This document shows, one piece after another, positions 41,408-51,213 of a DNA stretch of 64,000 bases (within the stretch, counting starts at the first letter, position 1; each line of letters begins with the position of its first letter). The position numbers and the translations under genes are program-made. Location: NCBI GenBank assembly GCA_963703935.1, contig CAVPGA010000009.1, positions 1,258,998 through 1,322,997 on the forward strand, read 5' to 3'. A model generated the notes under the pieces. It saw nothing but the letters and a program-made list of their open reading frames with translations, had not been told where the DNA came from and ran no database searches. Origin of the DNA: an uncultured Bacteroidales bacterium (lineage in GTDB: Bacteria > Bacteroidota > Bacteroidia > Bacteroidales > VadinHA17).

Positions 41408-42204
41408 TTACTGCCCCTTGATTTAAATTTAACACGTGATAATGCAAGATACAAAAATACCAGTAAACCAATAAATGTAATTACTATTGCTGAAACCCTC
41501 GTTACATTAAATACAAACTGATTTCCTGTATCATCATACGAATAGCAAACTGCAAGAAGCCGGTTGATGCTTGGACCGATCTTTCCGTCTGCTGCTTCGA
41601 CCAGTGTTATTTTTATATCAAACGGCAGAAATTCAATTCCCCGGAGATACCTGATGATCTTTCCGTCAGATGCAAGGGCAATCAGTCCTGTAGGATGTAC
41701 AAACTGATTGTTGAATCTTGTATAGTTGAAACCTACTGATTGGTTAGCCTGGCAATGTTTAAACTGTCAGAAACAAAAAACGACCAGTTTTGGGCAGCTT
41801 CCTCTTTCTTTTCCATTGTACTAAGATAGCTGGCCTTCTTTTCTTTTCCCAGCATGATACCTTCTGTCGGATCAAAGCTGACTGTAATAACCTCGTAATC
41901 ATTTCCGAGCTTCAAGATCAACCTCATCAATGAATTTTGAGATTCCCCACATCAGTGGACTGCATGTTCCGGGACATTCAAAATATACCAGATTCAGAAT
42001 CGTGGGCTTATTTATGATATCCCTCAGCAGAACGGTATCTCCGTTTTCATTTACCAGTCTTGTATCCAGGTCAGCATACTGACCCTGTTTTTCCTCAAAT
42101 CCAACCTGCATCTGCTGGTCAAAGAGCGATTTCTGGGAAAAGGTTTCTACACTTGTCAGAAAGATGCAAAGTCCGATTAATAATTTAAATTTTGGTGTCA
42201 GCAT
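41404..42204 (-). pseudogene. SCO1/SenC-family copper chaperone, two frame breaks
   Basis: CPGTC (CxxxC) motif. Pieces are 41899-42204, 41733-41930 and 41404-41740 (...DGKIIRYLRG...YSYDDTGNQF plus a C-terminal TM). The TGA overlaps the ctaD ATG (ATGA). Confidence 0.7.
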
Positions 42205-42281
42205 GGTCAGGTAAGGGACAATCAAAACATTATGAAAACAGTAACCTTCTGATATTCATATGTTTTTATTCTTATTAATAT

Positions 42282-42473
42282 TTATTCACTGTATTTTATA
42301 ACCTCAACAGGACAGCTTTCCGCTGCTTCTATTATCATTTCCTTAAAGTCAGAATACTTTATCCCTTCAACAACTGTTGCTATATCCTTTAGAACAAATA
42401 CCTCAGGGCAGATATCTGAGCAAAGACCGCATGCCGTGCAGCCATCTTCAATCCAAACTTTATTGATTGTCAT
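42282..42473 (-). CDS. Small 4Fe-4S ferredoxin
   Basis: 63 aa. CTACGLCSDICP ... ESCP. Confidence 0.75.
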   Translation of the reverse strand: MTINKVWIEDGCTACGLCSDICPEVFVLKDIATVVEGIKYSDFKEMIIEAAESCPVEVIKYSE

Positions 42474-42730
42474 ACTTTATAATTTAAATTATAACAAAAT
42501 TTTATATTTACAAATTCCCTTAACTCTCAGTTGGTAGTTCTGAATTCAGGTATTCATATCGATCTATGTTACTTAAACAAACTAAATGTGAAAGTTGTTC
42601 ACCGGGATAATAAAAGTTATTATACAGATAAAAGACGGTTAATTTCGGAACTCTTTTGAGGATTAATTGTTTGACTGATTGACAGGCAAATAATCGAAAT
42701 GCAAATGAATATATTTAATCAGAAAGAACA

Positions 42731-43393
42731 ATGAAAACGAAGACAGCTGGTTTTGCAGCATTAATCATGCTTCTGATGAATACCGGAATAGAAGCACAGA
42801 ATTACAAAACAGTTTCAGGTAATGTGACAACTTTTCAAAACTATCCTCTGAATAATGTTAAGGTGTTCTCCAGGAAATCAGGAGAAACTGTTTATACCGA
42901 TTCAGAAGGCAGGTTTTCTGTTAAAAGTTATTATGGAGACTTACTTTTGTTATCAGCATCTGGTTTTGAAGGAAAGGAAATCAAGGTAAGAAAGAAAGAC
43001 TCCTATAATGTAGATATGGTTTACATTGACAGCGAATTAGCATTCAATCGTGCGACCGGGGACAAACACATTTCTGAAATTGATCTCCGGAAAGCGATGA
43101 ATGACAGAACGCGTGCAAACCAGCATGACTTTTCAAAATATGGTTCTATTTACGAGCTGGTCAGCAGTGAAGTTTATAATGTCAGGATCAAAGGTAACAC
43201 TATCGTAAATACCAAAATGAGATCACTTGATCCGTCACCTCCTGTACTTCTGGTTGTTGATGACAGGATTGTCTCAGATATCTCCTTTCTTGATCCAAAC
43301 TGGGTAAGGTCAATTGAGTTGATTGATGATGTTCGTACAACAATGTATGGGTCGATGGGTGCGAACGGGGTTTTAAGGATCCTTCTCAAGTAA
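42731..43393 (+). CDS. Secreted protein with carboxypeptidase-regulatory-like N-terminal domain
   Basis: Signal peptide present. VSGNVTTFQNYPLNNVKVF...TDSEGRFSV pattern. C-terminal YGSMGANGVLRILLK resembles a TonB-receptor plug end. Confidence 0.45.
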   Translation: MKTKTAGFAALIMLLMNTGIEAQNYKTVSGNVTTFQNYPLNNVKVFSRKSGETVYTDSEGRFSVKSYYGDLLLLSASGFEGKEIKVRKKDSYNVDMVYIDSELAFNRATGDKHISEIDLRKAMNDRTRANQHDFSKYGSIYELVSSEVYNVRIKGNTIVNTKMRSLDPSPPVLLVVDDRIVSDISFLDPNWVRSIELIDDVRTTMYGSMGANGVLRILLK

Positions 43394-43424
43394 CAGGATA
43401 AAGACAGCCTGTAAGTCTGTCAGA

Positions 43425-46184
43425 TCAGTTAGTCCAGGTTGATTCGAATTTGTATTCCCCTGAAGTTAACTTATATATGACATATCCGTTTTCCCTGCCC
43501 TGGAAAAGTATGTTATCTGAACGCTTAAGGATTTTTCCGCTCTCTTTAATCCTGTCATTTCCCGTAACCGGGATGTAGCATGTGGAGGTGCATCCGGGAG
43601 GTACGGTTACATCCAAGAAGAACCTTCCGTTTTCTTTTTTCCAGGTTATACCTGCGTTACCGTAAGGTGTAAGGTTGGAGTAGGAAGCAAAACCCAGATC
43701 ACCTGCAGGTTGCGGCCGGAAAATAATGTTCCGGTAGCCGGGATGTTCGGGATCGGTATTCATACCTGCCAGTTTCCTGTAAAACCAGGTAATCCCCCCT
43801 CCAAACATGGGATGATTCCGGGAACCGCCACCCCCCCATTGTTCCCAGGTAGTAGTGGCTCCCTGGTCGACCCACCATCCATAACCCGGCCTGGTGCGTT
43901 GGTTCATTACTTTAAAGGCCAGCTCATTGAGTCCATTTTCCGAGAGCACCTCGAAGAAAAACTGTGTTCCGAATATTCCGGTGTCAAGGTGATCGTCATT
44001 TGCATTTATGTCAGCCTTAAGGGCTTCAATAACCCGGTCTCTCTGATCCTGAGGTATTCCCATTTTAAGGGCAAAAATGTTTCCTCCGTATGGTCCGTAA
44101 GTCCCTTTTTCCAGATTGAAGTATTTTTGTTGGAAGGCAAGCCTGGTTTTTTCTGCCAGGGCAGTGTATTCTTTTTCATCTCCGGTCTTACCAAGTACTC
44201 TGGCGGCCTTTGCCGTAAAATCAGCGCAGCGCCAGAGGAAAAATGTATGAACCATGTCATCCGGAGGCAGCTTGCCGGGCGCAACCCAGTCACCCAGGTT
44301 GATCCACTGGTTGGGCTTACTTCTGTCGGGCGCCTGGGAGAACATTGTGCCATCATCAACTACCCATGTCAACATATATTTTATATACCCTTTCATGCCT
44401 TCGTAGTTGTCCTTTAACATGCCAGTATCCCCGTACTGAACATAGAATTCCCATGGCATAATGTTCATTGCTGCACCCCAGCCGACTCCTCCACCACATC
44501 CCGGCTGCCATGGGGCGCCATTTGGAACATAACCGTTTTCGGGATTTTGAGCTCCCAGTATATCACGGATCCACTTTGTATAAAATGCGCGGGCATCAAA
44601 ATTATGCATAACCGTGACGCATGCAACCTGTCCGTCACCGGTGTATGGTGAGCGTTCCCGGTGAGGACAATCGCTCGCTACGCCTCCATGCATATTGTCC
44701 GTCTGGCTTCTCCACCATATTTTGTTAATGTCATTGAACAAAGGATTGGAGCATTCAAATTTCCCGGTCGTCTCAATATCAGTGTATACAGCTTCAGCTT
44801 TCAGTTGTTCCGGACTGAGTTCCCCGGGCCAGTTGCTAATTTCCACTTCCCTGAAAACAAACCATGTAAACCTGGCTGCATACGATTCAGGCCCTCCTCC
44901 TTTCATGGTATAAGAGTTGTCGCCCATAGCCGATTCGCAGATATATTTGATCCTGATCCTGCGGCCGCGTTCTCCGGTTACATTATCAAGATGCAGCCAT
45001 CCTGATATTTCCTGACCAAAATCTACCCTGTAATGACCATCACCAAGCCGCTCGATCTTCAAAGGTGCAAGGCTCTCCATTACCTTGTCAGTAGGCGACA
45101 TATGGGCTTTCAGCCTTCCCAGGGGTGTTTTCCTGATTGCCACCTGCTTCCACTGTGAATCGTCAAACCCTTTGCTGCACCATCCGGGTTGTTCCAGCCT
45201 TGCATCATAGTGCTCGCCCTCATAAATCTGATCCATTTCAATCGGACTTCCGGAAGCTTTCCAGCTGTTGTCGCTTACAACAACCTGCTCCGTACCGTCA
45301 GTATATTTAATATGAATCTGTCCGATAAACCTCGGAGTGCCGTAGCCCTGGCACCAGTAGCTGGATGGATTGTAAAAACCATTCCCAAGTATGACGCCTA
45401 TTACATTTTCACCCTCTGTTAACAGTTGCCTGATGTCATATGCAAGGTACATGACCCTGTATTCCCTGAAATTATTGTTTATCATTACCCCTATAGGCCC
45501 GAGATTATCCCTCTTGTCGTAGAGTGTTACGTTAGGTACAAGCACATCCCTGCCCACCTTCTCACCATTGATATAAAACTCAAAAAAACCAAGACCGGTA
45601 ACATAGGCACGGGCAGAAACAATATCTTTCTTCAGGGTAATGCTTTTCCTTAACATGGGGGCAGGATTAAACAATTTGCCCTGAGAACCCGGGATCTCAG
45701 TTTCTGTCTGATTAGCTCTTTTGGGAGCAGGGGGTTTTGGCAGGGGTGCTTCATCCTGCCAGGGAGCTCCGATCCATAGTGCTTTCCAGTCACCTGGTTC
45801 CAGCAGCCCCATACTCCAGGAAGCCGGGCTGCTCCATTCAGATTCCTTCCCTTTACGGTCCCATACTCTTACCTGCCACCAGCAATCCTGACCTGATTTC
45901 AATTGTTTGCCCGCGTAAGGAATATTGATGGATTCCGGTGAAATGATTTTGCCGCTCTCCCAAAGATCAGCCTTCCCCGTGAGCAGCCCTTCACGCGAAC
46001 CTGCCACCCTGATCTCAAAGGCAGTTTGTCGCTGACCCCTTTTACGGGCGTCATCAGAATTAATCCATGATAATCGTGGAACAGGGGTATCAATAGCCAT
46101 GGGATTGTTAAGATACTCACAAGTCAGCCGGACTGGCTTAATACCTGCAGCCAGAAAGCCTGGCAAGAATAACCAGGAGAACAA
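43425..46184 (-). CDS. GH78 alpha-L-rhamnosidase family protein
   Basis: 919 aa, intact. LTCEYLNNPMAIDTPVPRLSWI...QTAFEIRVA...LWESGKI...WWQVRVWD is the typical N-terminal rhamnosidase signature. A 22-codon ORF from ATG 46206 (MKFKLLPLVLLVILARLSGC) in another frame looks like a displaced lipoprotein signal. Confidence 0.8.
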   Translation of the reverse strand: MFSWLFLPGFLAAGIKPVRLTCEYLNNPMAIDTPVPRLSWINSDDARKRGQRQTAFEIRVAGSREGLLTGKADLWESGKIISPESINIPYAGKQLKSGQDCWWQVRVWDRKGKESEWSSPASWSMGLLEPGDWKALWIGAPWQDEAPLPKPPAPKRANQTETEIPGSQGKLFNPAPMLRKSITLKKDIVSARAYVTGLGFFEFYINGEKVGRDVLVPNVTLYDKRDNLGPIGVMINNNFREYRVMYLAYDIRQLLTEGENVIGVILGNGFYNPSSYWCQGYGTPRFIGQIHIKYTDGTEQVVVSDNSWKASGSPIEMDQIYEGEHYDARLEQPGWCSKGFDDSQWKQVAIRKTPLGRLKAHMSPTDKVMESLAPLKIERLGDGHYRVDFGQEISGWLHLDNVTGERGRRIRIKYICESAMGDNSYTMKGGGPESYAARFTWFVFREVEISNWPGELSPEQLKAEAVYTDIETTGKFECSNPLFNDINKIWWRSQTDNMHGGVASDCPHRERSPYTGDGQVACVTVMHNFDARAFYTKWIRDILGAQNPENGYVPNGAPWQPGCGGGVGWGAAMNIMPWEFYVQYGDTGMLKDNYEGMKGYIKYMLTWVVDDGTMFSQAPDRSKPNQWINLGDWVAPGKLPPDDMVHTFFLWRCADFTAKAARVLGKTGDEKEYTALAEKTRLAFQQKYFNLEKGTYGPYGGNIFALKMGIPQDQRDRVIEALKADINANDDHLDTGIFGTQFFFEVLSENGLNELAFKVMNQRTRPGYGWWVDQGATTTWEQWGGGGSRNHPMFGGGITWFYRKLAGMNTDPEHPGYRNIIFRPQPAGDLGFASYSNLTPYGNAGITWKKENGRFFLDVTVPPGCTSTCYIPVTGNDRIKESGKILKRSDNILFQGRENGYVIYKLTSGEYKFESTWTN

Positions 46185-46406
46185 GGGGGAGAAGTTTAAA
46201 TTTCATACGTTAAAACTAACTAATAAACTCATTAAATATACCGGAAAGGATAATTCATTAGTGCATATTAACTTTCAGTATTTTCTGTTGTTTGTACTTA
46301 AATAACTGATATAAATGCATTAATTTTATGAAAAATACTACTAAAAACATAAAGAAGGTCATCCTGCTTATAAATATTTTTTCCTCAATCTTAAAACTCA
46401 TAAAAT

Positions 46407-47291
46407 ATGAATAACAATTTTAAACTAAAGCTGACCGGTATTGCCTTTTTAATTGCCACTGCTGCCGGTTCGTCAATCTGTATTGCCCAGCAGCCTGCAA
46501 ATCAGGTAACTCAGGACGGAGCAATTAAGCTTACTTATAATTATCAGGTCAATAAACCCGTAAGATATCTTACAGAAAGTAAAATTATTCAGACGATGGA
46601 TATAATGGGTCAGTCGATGCAGGTAATTGTGAACTCTGTTTTTGGGTGCTCGATTAAAGCCATTGATTTTCCTGCCCAGAACCTGAAGCTGGAGGTGACT
46701 GTTGACACCATCGGACAATCTACCGAATCTCCGATGGGATCATCAGGAGGAGGAGTGAAAGAAGTACAGGGGAAAGTATTTAACGTAGTTATTAACCCAG
46801 CCGGCAAAAGCGTTGATATTTCGGAAGCTGAGAGCATTGTATTCAATATTGAGGGAAGCGGTGAATCGAACCTTGCAGAAACGTTCATTAACTTTTTTCC
46901 TGTTCTTCCTTCGAATCCGGTAAAGGCCGGAGATGTCTGGAATTCAAGTGATTCTGTTAACACAAAGTCCCAGGCAATGTCGATGAAAATGTTAGTTACC
47001 TCGGAGAACAAGATGGAGGGCTTTGAATCAGTAGATGGTGTTGAATGTGCGAAAATTTCGGCTATTGTGAAAGGCGACCGCGTTATGAAAGTAAAGAATC
47101 AGGAAATTGATATCCTTATTAAGGGCCCGTTTACCGGTACTGCCGATTTCTTTTTCTCATTAAAGGATGGCTATTTCATCAAACAGATCGTTTATACAAA
47201 AATGACCGGAAACATGGAAATGACTGCCCCGGAAGCAATGTCATTCCCGGTAGTAATGGAGATCAGCTCGGTGAATGAGGTAAAAAAATGA
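46407..47291 (+). CDS. Secreted hypothetical protein (294 aa)
   Basis: Signal peptide ...GSSICIAQ. No recognised domain. Confidence 0.55.
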   Translation: MNNNFKLKLTGIAFLIATAAGSSICIAQQPANQVTQDGAIKLTYNYQVNKPVRYLTESKIIQTMDIMGQSMQVIVNSVFGCSIKAIDFPAQNLKLEVTVDTIGQSTESPMGSSGGGVKEVQGKVFNVVINPAGKSVDISEAESIVFNIEGSGESNLAETFINFFPVLPSNPVKAGDVWNSSDSVNTKSQAMSMKMLVTSENKMEGFESVDGVECAKISAIVKGDRVMKVKNQEIDILIKGPFTGTADFFFSLKDGYFIKQIVYTKMTGNMEMTAPEAMSFPVVMEISSVNEVKK

Positions 47292-47348
47292 GGGACTAAG
47301 GGACTAAGGGACAGGGCCGAGCGTAAAGAAAATGCCCTGAAGGCCTAT
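47292..47348. repeat. Short tandem GGGACTAA x2.5 plus a solitary GGCCGAGCGT...CCCTGAAGGCC module
   Basis: Read directly. The module is related to GGACCGAGCGTTAAAAAATTGCCC of the 7.2-7.7 kb unit. Confidence 0.6.
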
Positions 47349-47398
47349 CGAACATTTTACAATAATACTTGTTGTATAATAAAATTAATAAACCTGTC

Positions 47399-47944
47399 AT
47401 GAGATTGAAAAAATTTATAAATGCGTTCCTGTTGATTATCTTACCTTTAGTCGGGTATTCCCAGACTGTCAGCTTCTACGATTTCAAGGTAAAGACTCTT
47501 GAAGGCAAGGATTTTGATTTTGCTTCTCTTAAAGGAAAGAAGGTGATGGTGGTAAACGTTGCTTCAAATTGCGGCAACACTCCGCAATACAAGGAATTAG
47601 AAGCGCTTTACGAAAAATATCAGGGAGAACTTGTCATAATAGGATTTCCTGCAAATAATTTTGGCGGTCAGGAACCGGGTACCCCCGCTCAGATACGTGA
47701 GTTCTGCACAAGTCACTACGGAATTACATTCCCTCTGATGGAAAAAATATCAGTTAAAGGTGATGATATGCATCCGGTTTATAAATGGCTTACTTCAAAA
47801 GCAGAGAACGGTGTACTGGATTCAAAGGTCACCTGGAACTTTCAGAAATATCTGATTGATGAAAATGGTAAGCTGGTTGAGTTCCTTAATCCAAAGGAAA
47901 AACCTGATTCCGAAAAAACATTTACATGGTTGTCAGCTAGATAG
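47399..47944 (+). CDS. gpx: Glutathione peroxidase (Cys type)
   Basis: FYDFKVKTLEGKDFDFASLKGKKVMVVNVASNCG, FPANNFGGQEPG and WNFQKYLI. Signal peptide from MRLKKF (47399). Confidence 0.85.
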   Translation: MRLKKFINAFLLIILPLVGYSQTVSFYDFKVKTLEGKDFDFASLKGKKVMVVNVASNCGNTPQYKELEALYEKYQGELVIIGFPANNFGGQEPGTPAQIREFCTSHYGITFPLMEKISVKGDDMHPVYKWLTSKAENGVLDSKVTWNFQKYLIDENGKLVEFLNPKEKPDSEKTFTWLSAR

Positions 47945-47980
47945 TGTTGTACTCATTTTTTGATTGGGTTTATGTGAAAG

Positions 47981-48017
47981 AAGCCGCAAAGGATTTATCC
48001 GATGCGGCTTTATATTT
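47981..48017. terminator. Hairpin between convergent genes, possibly a bidirectional terminator
   Basis: AAGCCGCA - 14 nt - TGCGGCTT followed by TATATTT. Confidence 0.55.
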
Positions 48018-48047
48018 ACAATCTGATTCCGGTAATGTGATCTGTTC

Positions 48048-48482
48048 TTAGGTCAGACTTACTGTTAGTATGTTTCCTGATTTGGTAACAGGGTATGATT
48101 TCAGTCCGATTGTGGCAGGTCCGTTTATCACGGCGCCGGTCGTTGAATAGATCGATCCGTGACAGGGACAGGGGAAATTGTTTGCCGCGAGGCTGTATCC
48201 TATTGTGCAACCCATATGGGTGCAGACACTGTCAATGGCGACGAATGCATTATTGCCTGTGTTGGCAATGATAACACCTTTGGAAATAATAGAGCCTCCC
48301 GCAGTATTAAGCGCTGCATTTGCAGCGACAGTAAGATCAAGTGTTATATTTGTTCCGCCTCCGTTCCCGTTACCTCCACCCGGGTCCATGTTATCTTTGG
48401 AACAACTGGTGAAAACCTCCGGTAATATGATCAGGGAAGTGGTCCCCAGAATCACCTTCTGAATTAAATCTCTTCTTGTCAT
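48048..48482 (-). CDS. Rieske 2Fe-2S domain protein with Tat-type signal / lipobox
   Basis: MTRRDLIQKV...FTSC, CTHMGC and CPCHGS. Confidence 0.85.
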   Translation of the reverse strand: MTRRDLIQKVILGTTSLIILPEVFTSCSKDNMDPGGGNGNGGGTNITLDLTVAANAALNTAGGSIISKGVIIANTGNNAFVAIDSVCTHMGCTIGYSLAANNFPCPCHGSIYSTTGAVINGPATIGLKSYPVTKSGNILTVSLT

Positions 48483-48545
48483 GGGTTTATGTGCTTATCT
48501 AGCATATAAACAGTGTTTCCGGGAGATTTGTTCAATGCTACTATT

Positions 48546-48607
48546 GTCTTGCAGTCTTGCAGTCATGCAGTCTTGCAGTCTTGCAGTCTTGCAGTCTTGC
48601 AGTCTTG
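48546..48607. repeat. Octanucleotide tandem tract, seven full GCAGTCTT units (one GCAGTCAT variant)
   Basis: Read directly, 48551-48606 plus partial flanks. Lies 64-125 nt upstream of the Rieske ATG and 9 nt downstream of the preceding stop. Confidence 0.95.
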
Positions 48608-48615
48608 AACGACAT

Positions 48616-49140
48616 TTAAAGAACGAAGGGAATAAACATCTTCGTTTCTTTCATATACCGTGTATACTCATGACCAAACCTTTCGATCATCTCAGTTTCT
48701 TCAATCCTGGACGTAATATACAATGCAACGAGATTTACTGCCCCCAGGATTAACTGAACCATGTCAGGATCTTTTAGCATGATGCCGGTACCCAGTAAAA
48801 TAAGAGAGAGGTAAAGGGGATGGCGGATGTATCTGTAAATATTAGACTTAATCAGTACCGTTGTGGCTTCGAAGTCCTTTTCTGATTTGCCTTTTCTCTT
48901 CAGGATCAGAAAACCTGCGATTCCCATCCAGGCGGACAGGACCAATAGTATCCACGATATAATCTGAAACAATGAAAAAGGATCATGAAACCAGACTTTC
49001 AGATTTAACATTGTTAGAATGAAGATGCTTTCAAATCCAAAGAACCTGGGTATCCCGTGATATCTCCTGTGCTTAAGTGAGAAGAACCATGAGAAAAGCA
49101 CCAGGAAAATAGTCCCTGCGGCGAGTACTATATAATTCAT
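48616..49140 (-). CDS. Isoprenylcysteine carboxyl / phospholipid methyltransferase family membrane protein
   Basis: YRYIRHPLYLSLILLGTG and EETEMIERFGHEYTRYMKETKMFIP. Confidence 0.75.
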   Translation of the reverse strand: MNYIVLAAGTIFLVLFSWFFSLKHRRYHGIPRFFGFESIFILTMLNLKVWFHDPFSLFQIISWILLVLSAWMGIAGFLILKRKGKSEKDFEATTVLIKSNIYRYIRHPLYLSLILLGTGIMLKDPDMVQLILGAVNLVALYITSRIEETEMIERFGHEYTRYMKETKMFIPFVL

Positions 49141-49149
49141 TTAGGCTAT

Positions 49150-51213
49150 TTATTTTTCAGTTATTCCGGAATTGATTTTCTTAATAAAATCATACACTTC
49201 CAATTGCGAATTTATCAACTTCTTTCCGGATTTAAACATTTTATTGGAGAGTGCCGGATCCAGTTTTCTTGCTTTTGAGTTATCGCTCCACTGAATTTCA
49301 AAGATCTTTTTAAGATCGTTCTTCAGGTTCTTATCAAACACAGGACAGGTCACTTCTATACGGTGGTCGAGATTGCGTGTCATCAGGTCGGCTGAAGAGA
49401 TGAAGCACTCCTCATCGTCATCGTTGCAGAAGATCATGAATCTGGTGTGCTCAAGAAAACGGTCGACTATCCCGACAGCCTTGATATTTTCACTTAGGTC
49501 CTTTAATCCGGTTACAATCGAAAACATGCCTCTTACAATAAGTCTGATAACTACCCCGGCTTTGCTTGCTTCGTACAACTGGTTGATTATTTCAATGTCA
49601 GTTATATTATTTAGCTTCAGATAGATGTATGCTTTTTTCCCGGCTTTTGCATTTCTTATTTCATTGTCTATAAGAAGGATCATCTTGTTCCTGAAAAAGA
49701 AGGGGGAGAGGACGAGATGATAATAATTATCCTTCCTGTAATTAACATTAAAAAAGTTGAAAGCCTTAAAAACCTCATTTGTGATTTTTTTATTGGTGGT
49801 GAGCAACAGGTGATCAGTATAAATTCTGGCAGTGTCCTCATTGAAGTTGCCGGTTCCAACAGCTGCATAACGCTGGGTGATGTCGTTTTTAATCCTTGTG
49901 ATCAGGCACAATTTTGAATGCACCTTTAACCCGGGCACTCCGTAAATAACTTTTACTCCTTCTTCAGTAAGCTTATTGCCCCACAGGATATTGGCTTCTT
50001 CATCAAACCTCGCCTGGAGTTCCACGACGGTTGTAACCTTTTTCCCGTTCCTGACGGCGTTCATAAGAGCGTTGATGACGCTTGAGTTTCTTGCCAGCCT
50101 GTAAAGTGTTATCTGAATGGATGTTACAAACGGATCAATGGAGGCTTCCCTTAACAGGTCAATGAAATGATCAAATGGATTATAAGGGAAGAAGAGCATT
50201 ATATCCTTCTTCTTGACAGCTGACAATATGCTTTTACCTGCCTGAATATCCTTATGGGGCACAGGTTTCATTGGAGTGTAGTAGAATTTTTTACGCCCGA
50301 GATTTGGGAATTGCATAAAATTCTTGAAGTTATGGTACCTGTTGCTTGGAATAATAACATCGTCCGGACCGAAATTAAGAAGGCGTGTAAGTATCTTAAG
50401 CATTTCAGCCGGCATATCCCGGTCATAAATGAAACGCACCGGTGAACCATGCTTGCGTTGCTGCAGACTCCTGGACAGCTTGTCAATATAACTTTCGGAG
50501 ATATCTTCAGCCAGTTCAAGCTCCGCATCTTTAGTAAGTTTGATAGTGTATGCAAATATCTCATCAAAATCAAAGAGGAAGAAGATATCCCTTAAACCTG
50601 ATCTTATTATATCATCAAGGAAGATTGCATATTTTCCATCTTCCGTTTCGGGCAGAATAATGAACCTGGGAAGTACATCGGAGGAGGGGATCTCAAGCAA
50701 TGCCATCCTCTTCTTCTGGGTTCCTTTCTTTACAAGATAAATGGCAAGGTAAATCGCATCATCAGTCAGGTTTGGCATTTTGGAGTCCTTTTCAATAAGA
50801 AAAGGCATTAACCTTGTCCTGACTTCCCTTATGAAATAGTCCCTTACAAATTCAGCCTGTTCCGGGTTCAGTTCTTTCTCATTTATAAGATGAATATTAT
50901 GTTTTTTAAGTTCAAGCAGTAATCCGGAGTAGATTTTTTCAAACCTGGCGCTCTGCTCAAGTACGATCTCATGAACTTTCTTCAAAGTCGCCTTTGGACT
51001 GTAACCAAGTATCTCCTTCGATTTTGCTTCGAACTGTGAAAGTCTCCTCAGGGTAGCTACCCTTACCCTGAAATATTCATCAAGGTTGTTTGAGTAGATG
51101 CCAAGGAACTTGAACCGTTCAATAAGAGGAACGTCCTTGTTCTCAGCCTCCTGCAGTACCCTCTCGTTAAATGAGAGCCAGCTTATCTCTTTAGGTATGT
51201 AGGTCTTGCTCAT
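49150..51213 (-). CDS. ppk1: Polyphosphate kinase 1
   Basis: 687 aa, intact. ISWLSFNERVLQEA, LDEYFRVRV, two HKD-like segments (KVHSKLCLI). Confidence 0.9.
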   Translation of the reverse strand: MSKTYIPKEISWLSFNERVLQEAENKDVPLIERFKFLGIYSNNLDEYFRVRVATLRRLSQFEAKSKEILGYSPKATLKKVHEIVLEQSARFEKIYSGLLLELKKHNIHLINEKELNPEQAEFVRDYFIREVRTRLMPFLIEKDSKMPNLTDDAIYLAIYLVKKGTQKKRMALLEIPSSDVLPRFIILPETEDGKYAIFLDDIIRSGLRDIFFLFDFDEIFAYTIKLTKDAELELAEDISESYIDKLSRSLQQRKHGSPVRFIYDRDMPAEMLKILTRLLNFGPDDVIIPSNRYHNFKNFMQFPNLGRKKFYYTPMKPVPHKDIQAGKSILSAVKKKDIMLFFPYNPFDHFIDLLREASIDPFVTSIQITLYRLARNSSVINALMNAVRNGKKVTTVVELQARFDEEANILWGNKLTEEGVKVIYGVPGLKVHSKLCLITRIKNDITQRYAAVGTGNFNEDTARIYTDHLLLTTNKKITNEVFKAFNFFNVNYRKDNYYHLVLSPFFFRNKMILLIDNEIRNAKAGKKAYIYLKLNNITDIEIINQLYEASKAGVVIRLIVRGMFSIVTGLKDLSENIKAVGIVDRFLEHTRFMIFCNDDDEECFISSADLMTRNLDHRIEVTCPVFDKNLKNDLKKIFEIQWSDNSKARKLDPALSNKMFKSGKKLINSQLEVYDFIKKINSGITEK

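Noticed and set aside
47399-47944. Selenocysteine (TGA-recoded) glutathione peroxidase
   Set aside because: The active-site position is an ordinary Cys codon (VASNCG), with no in-frame TGA.
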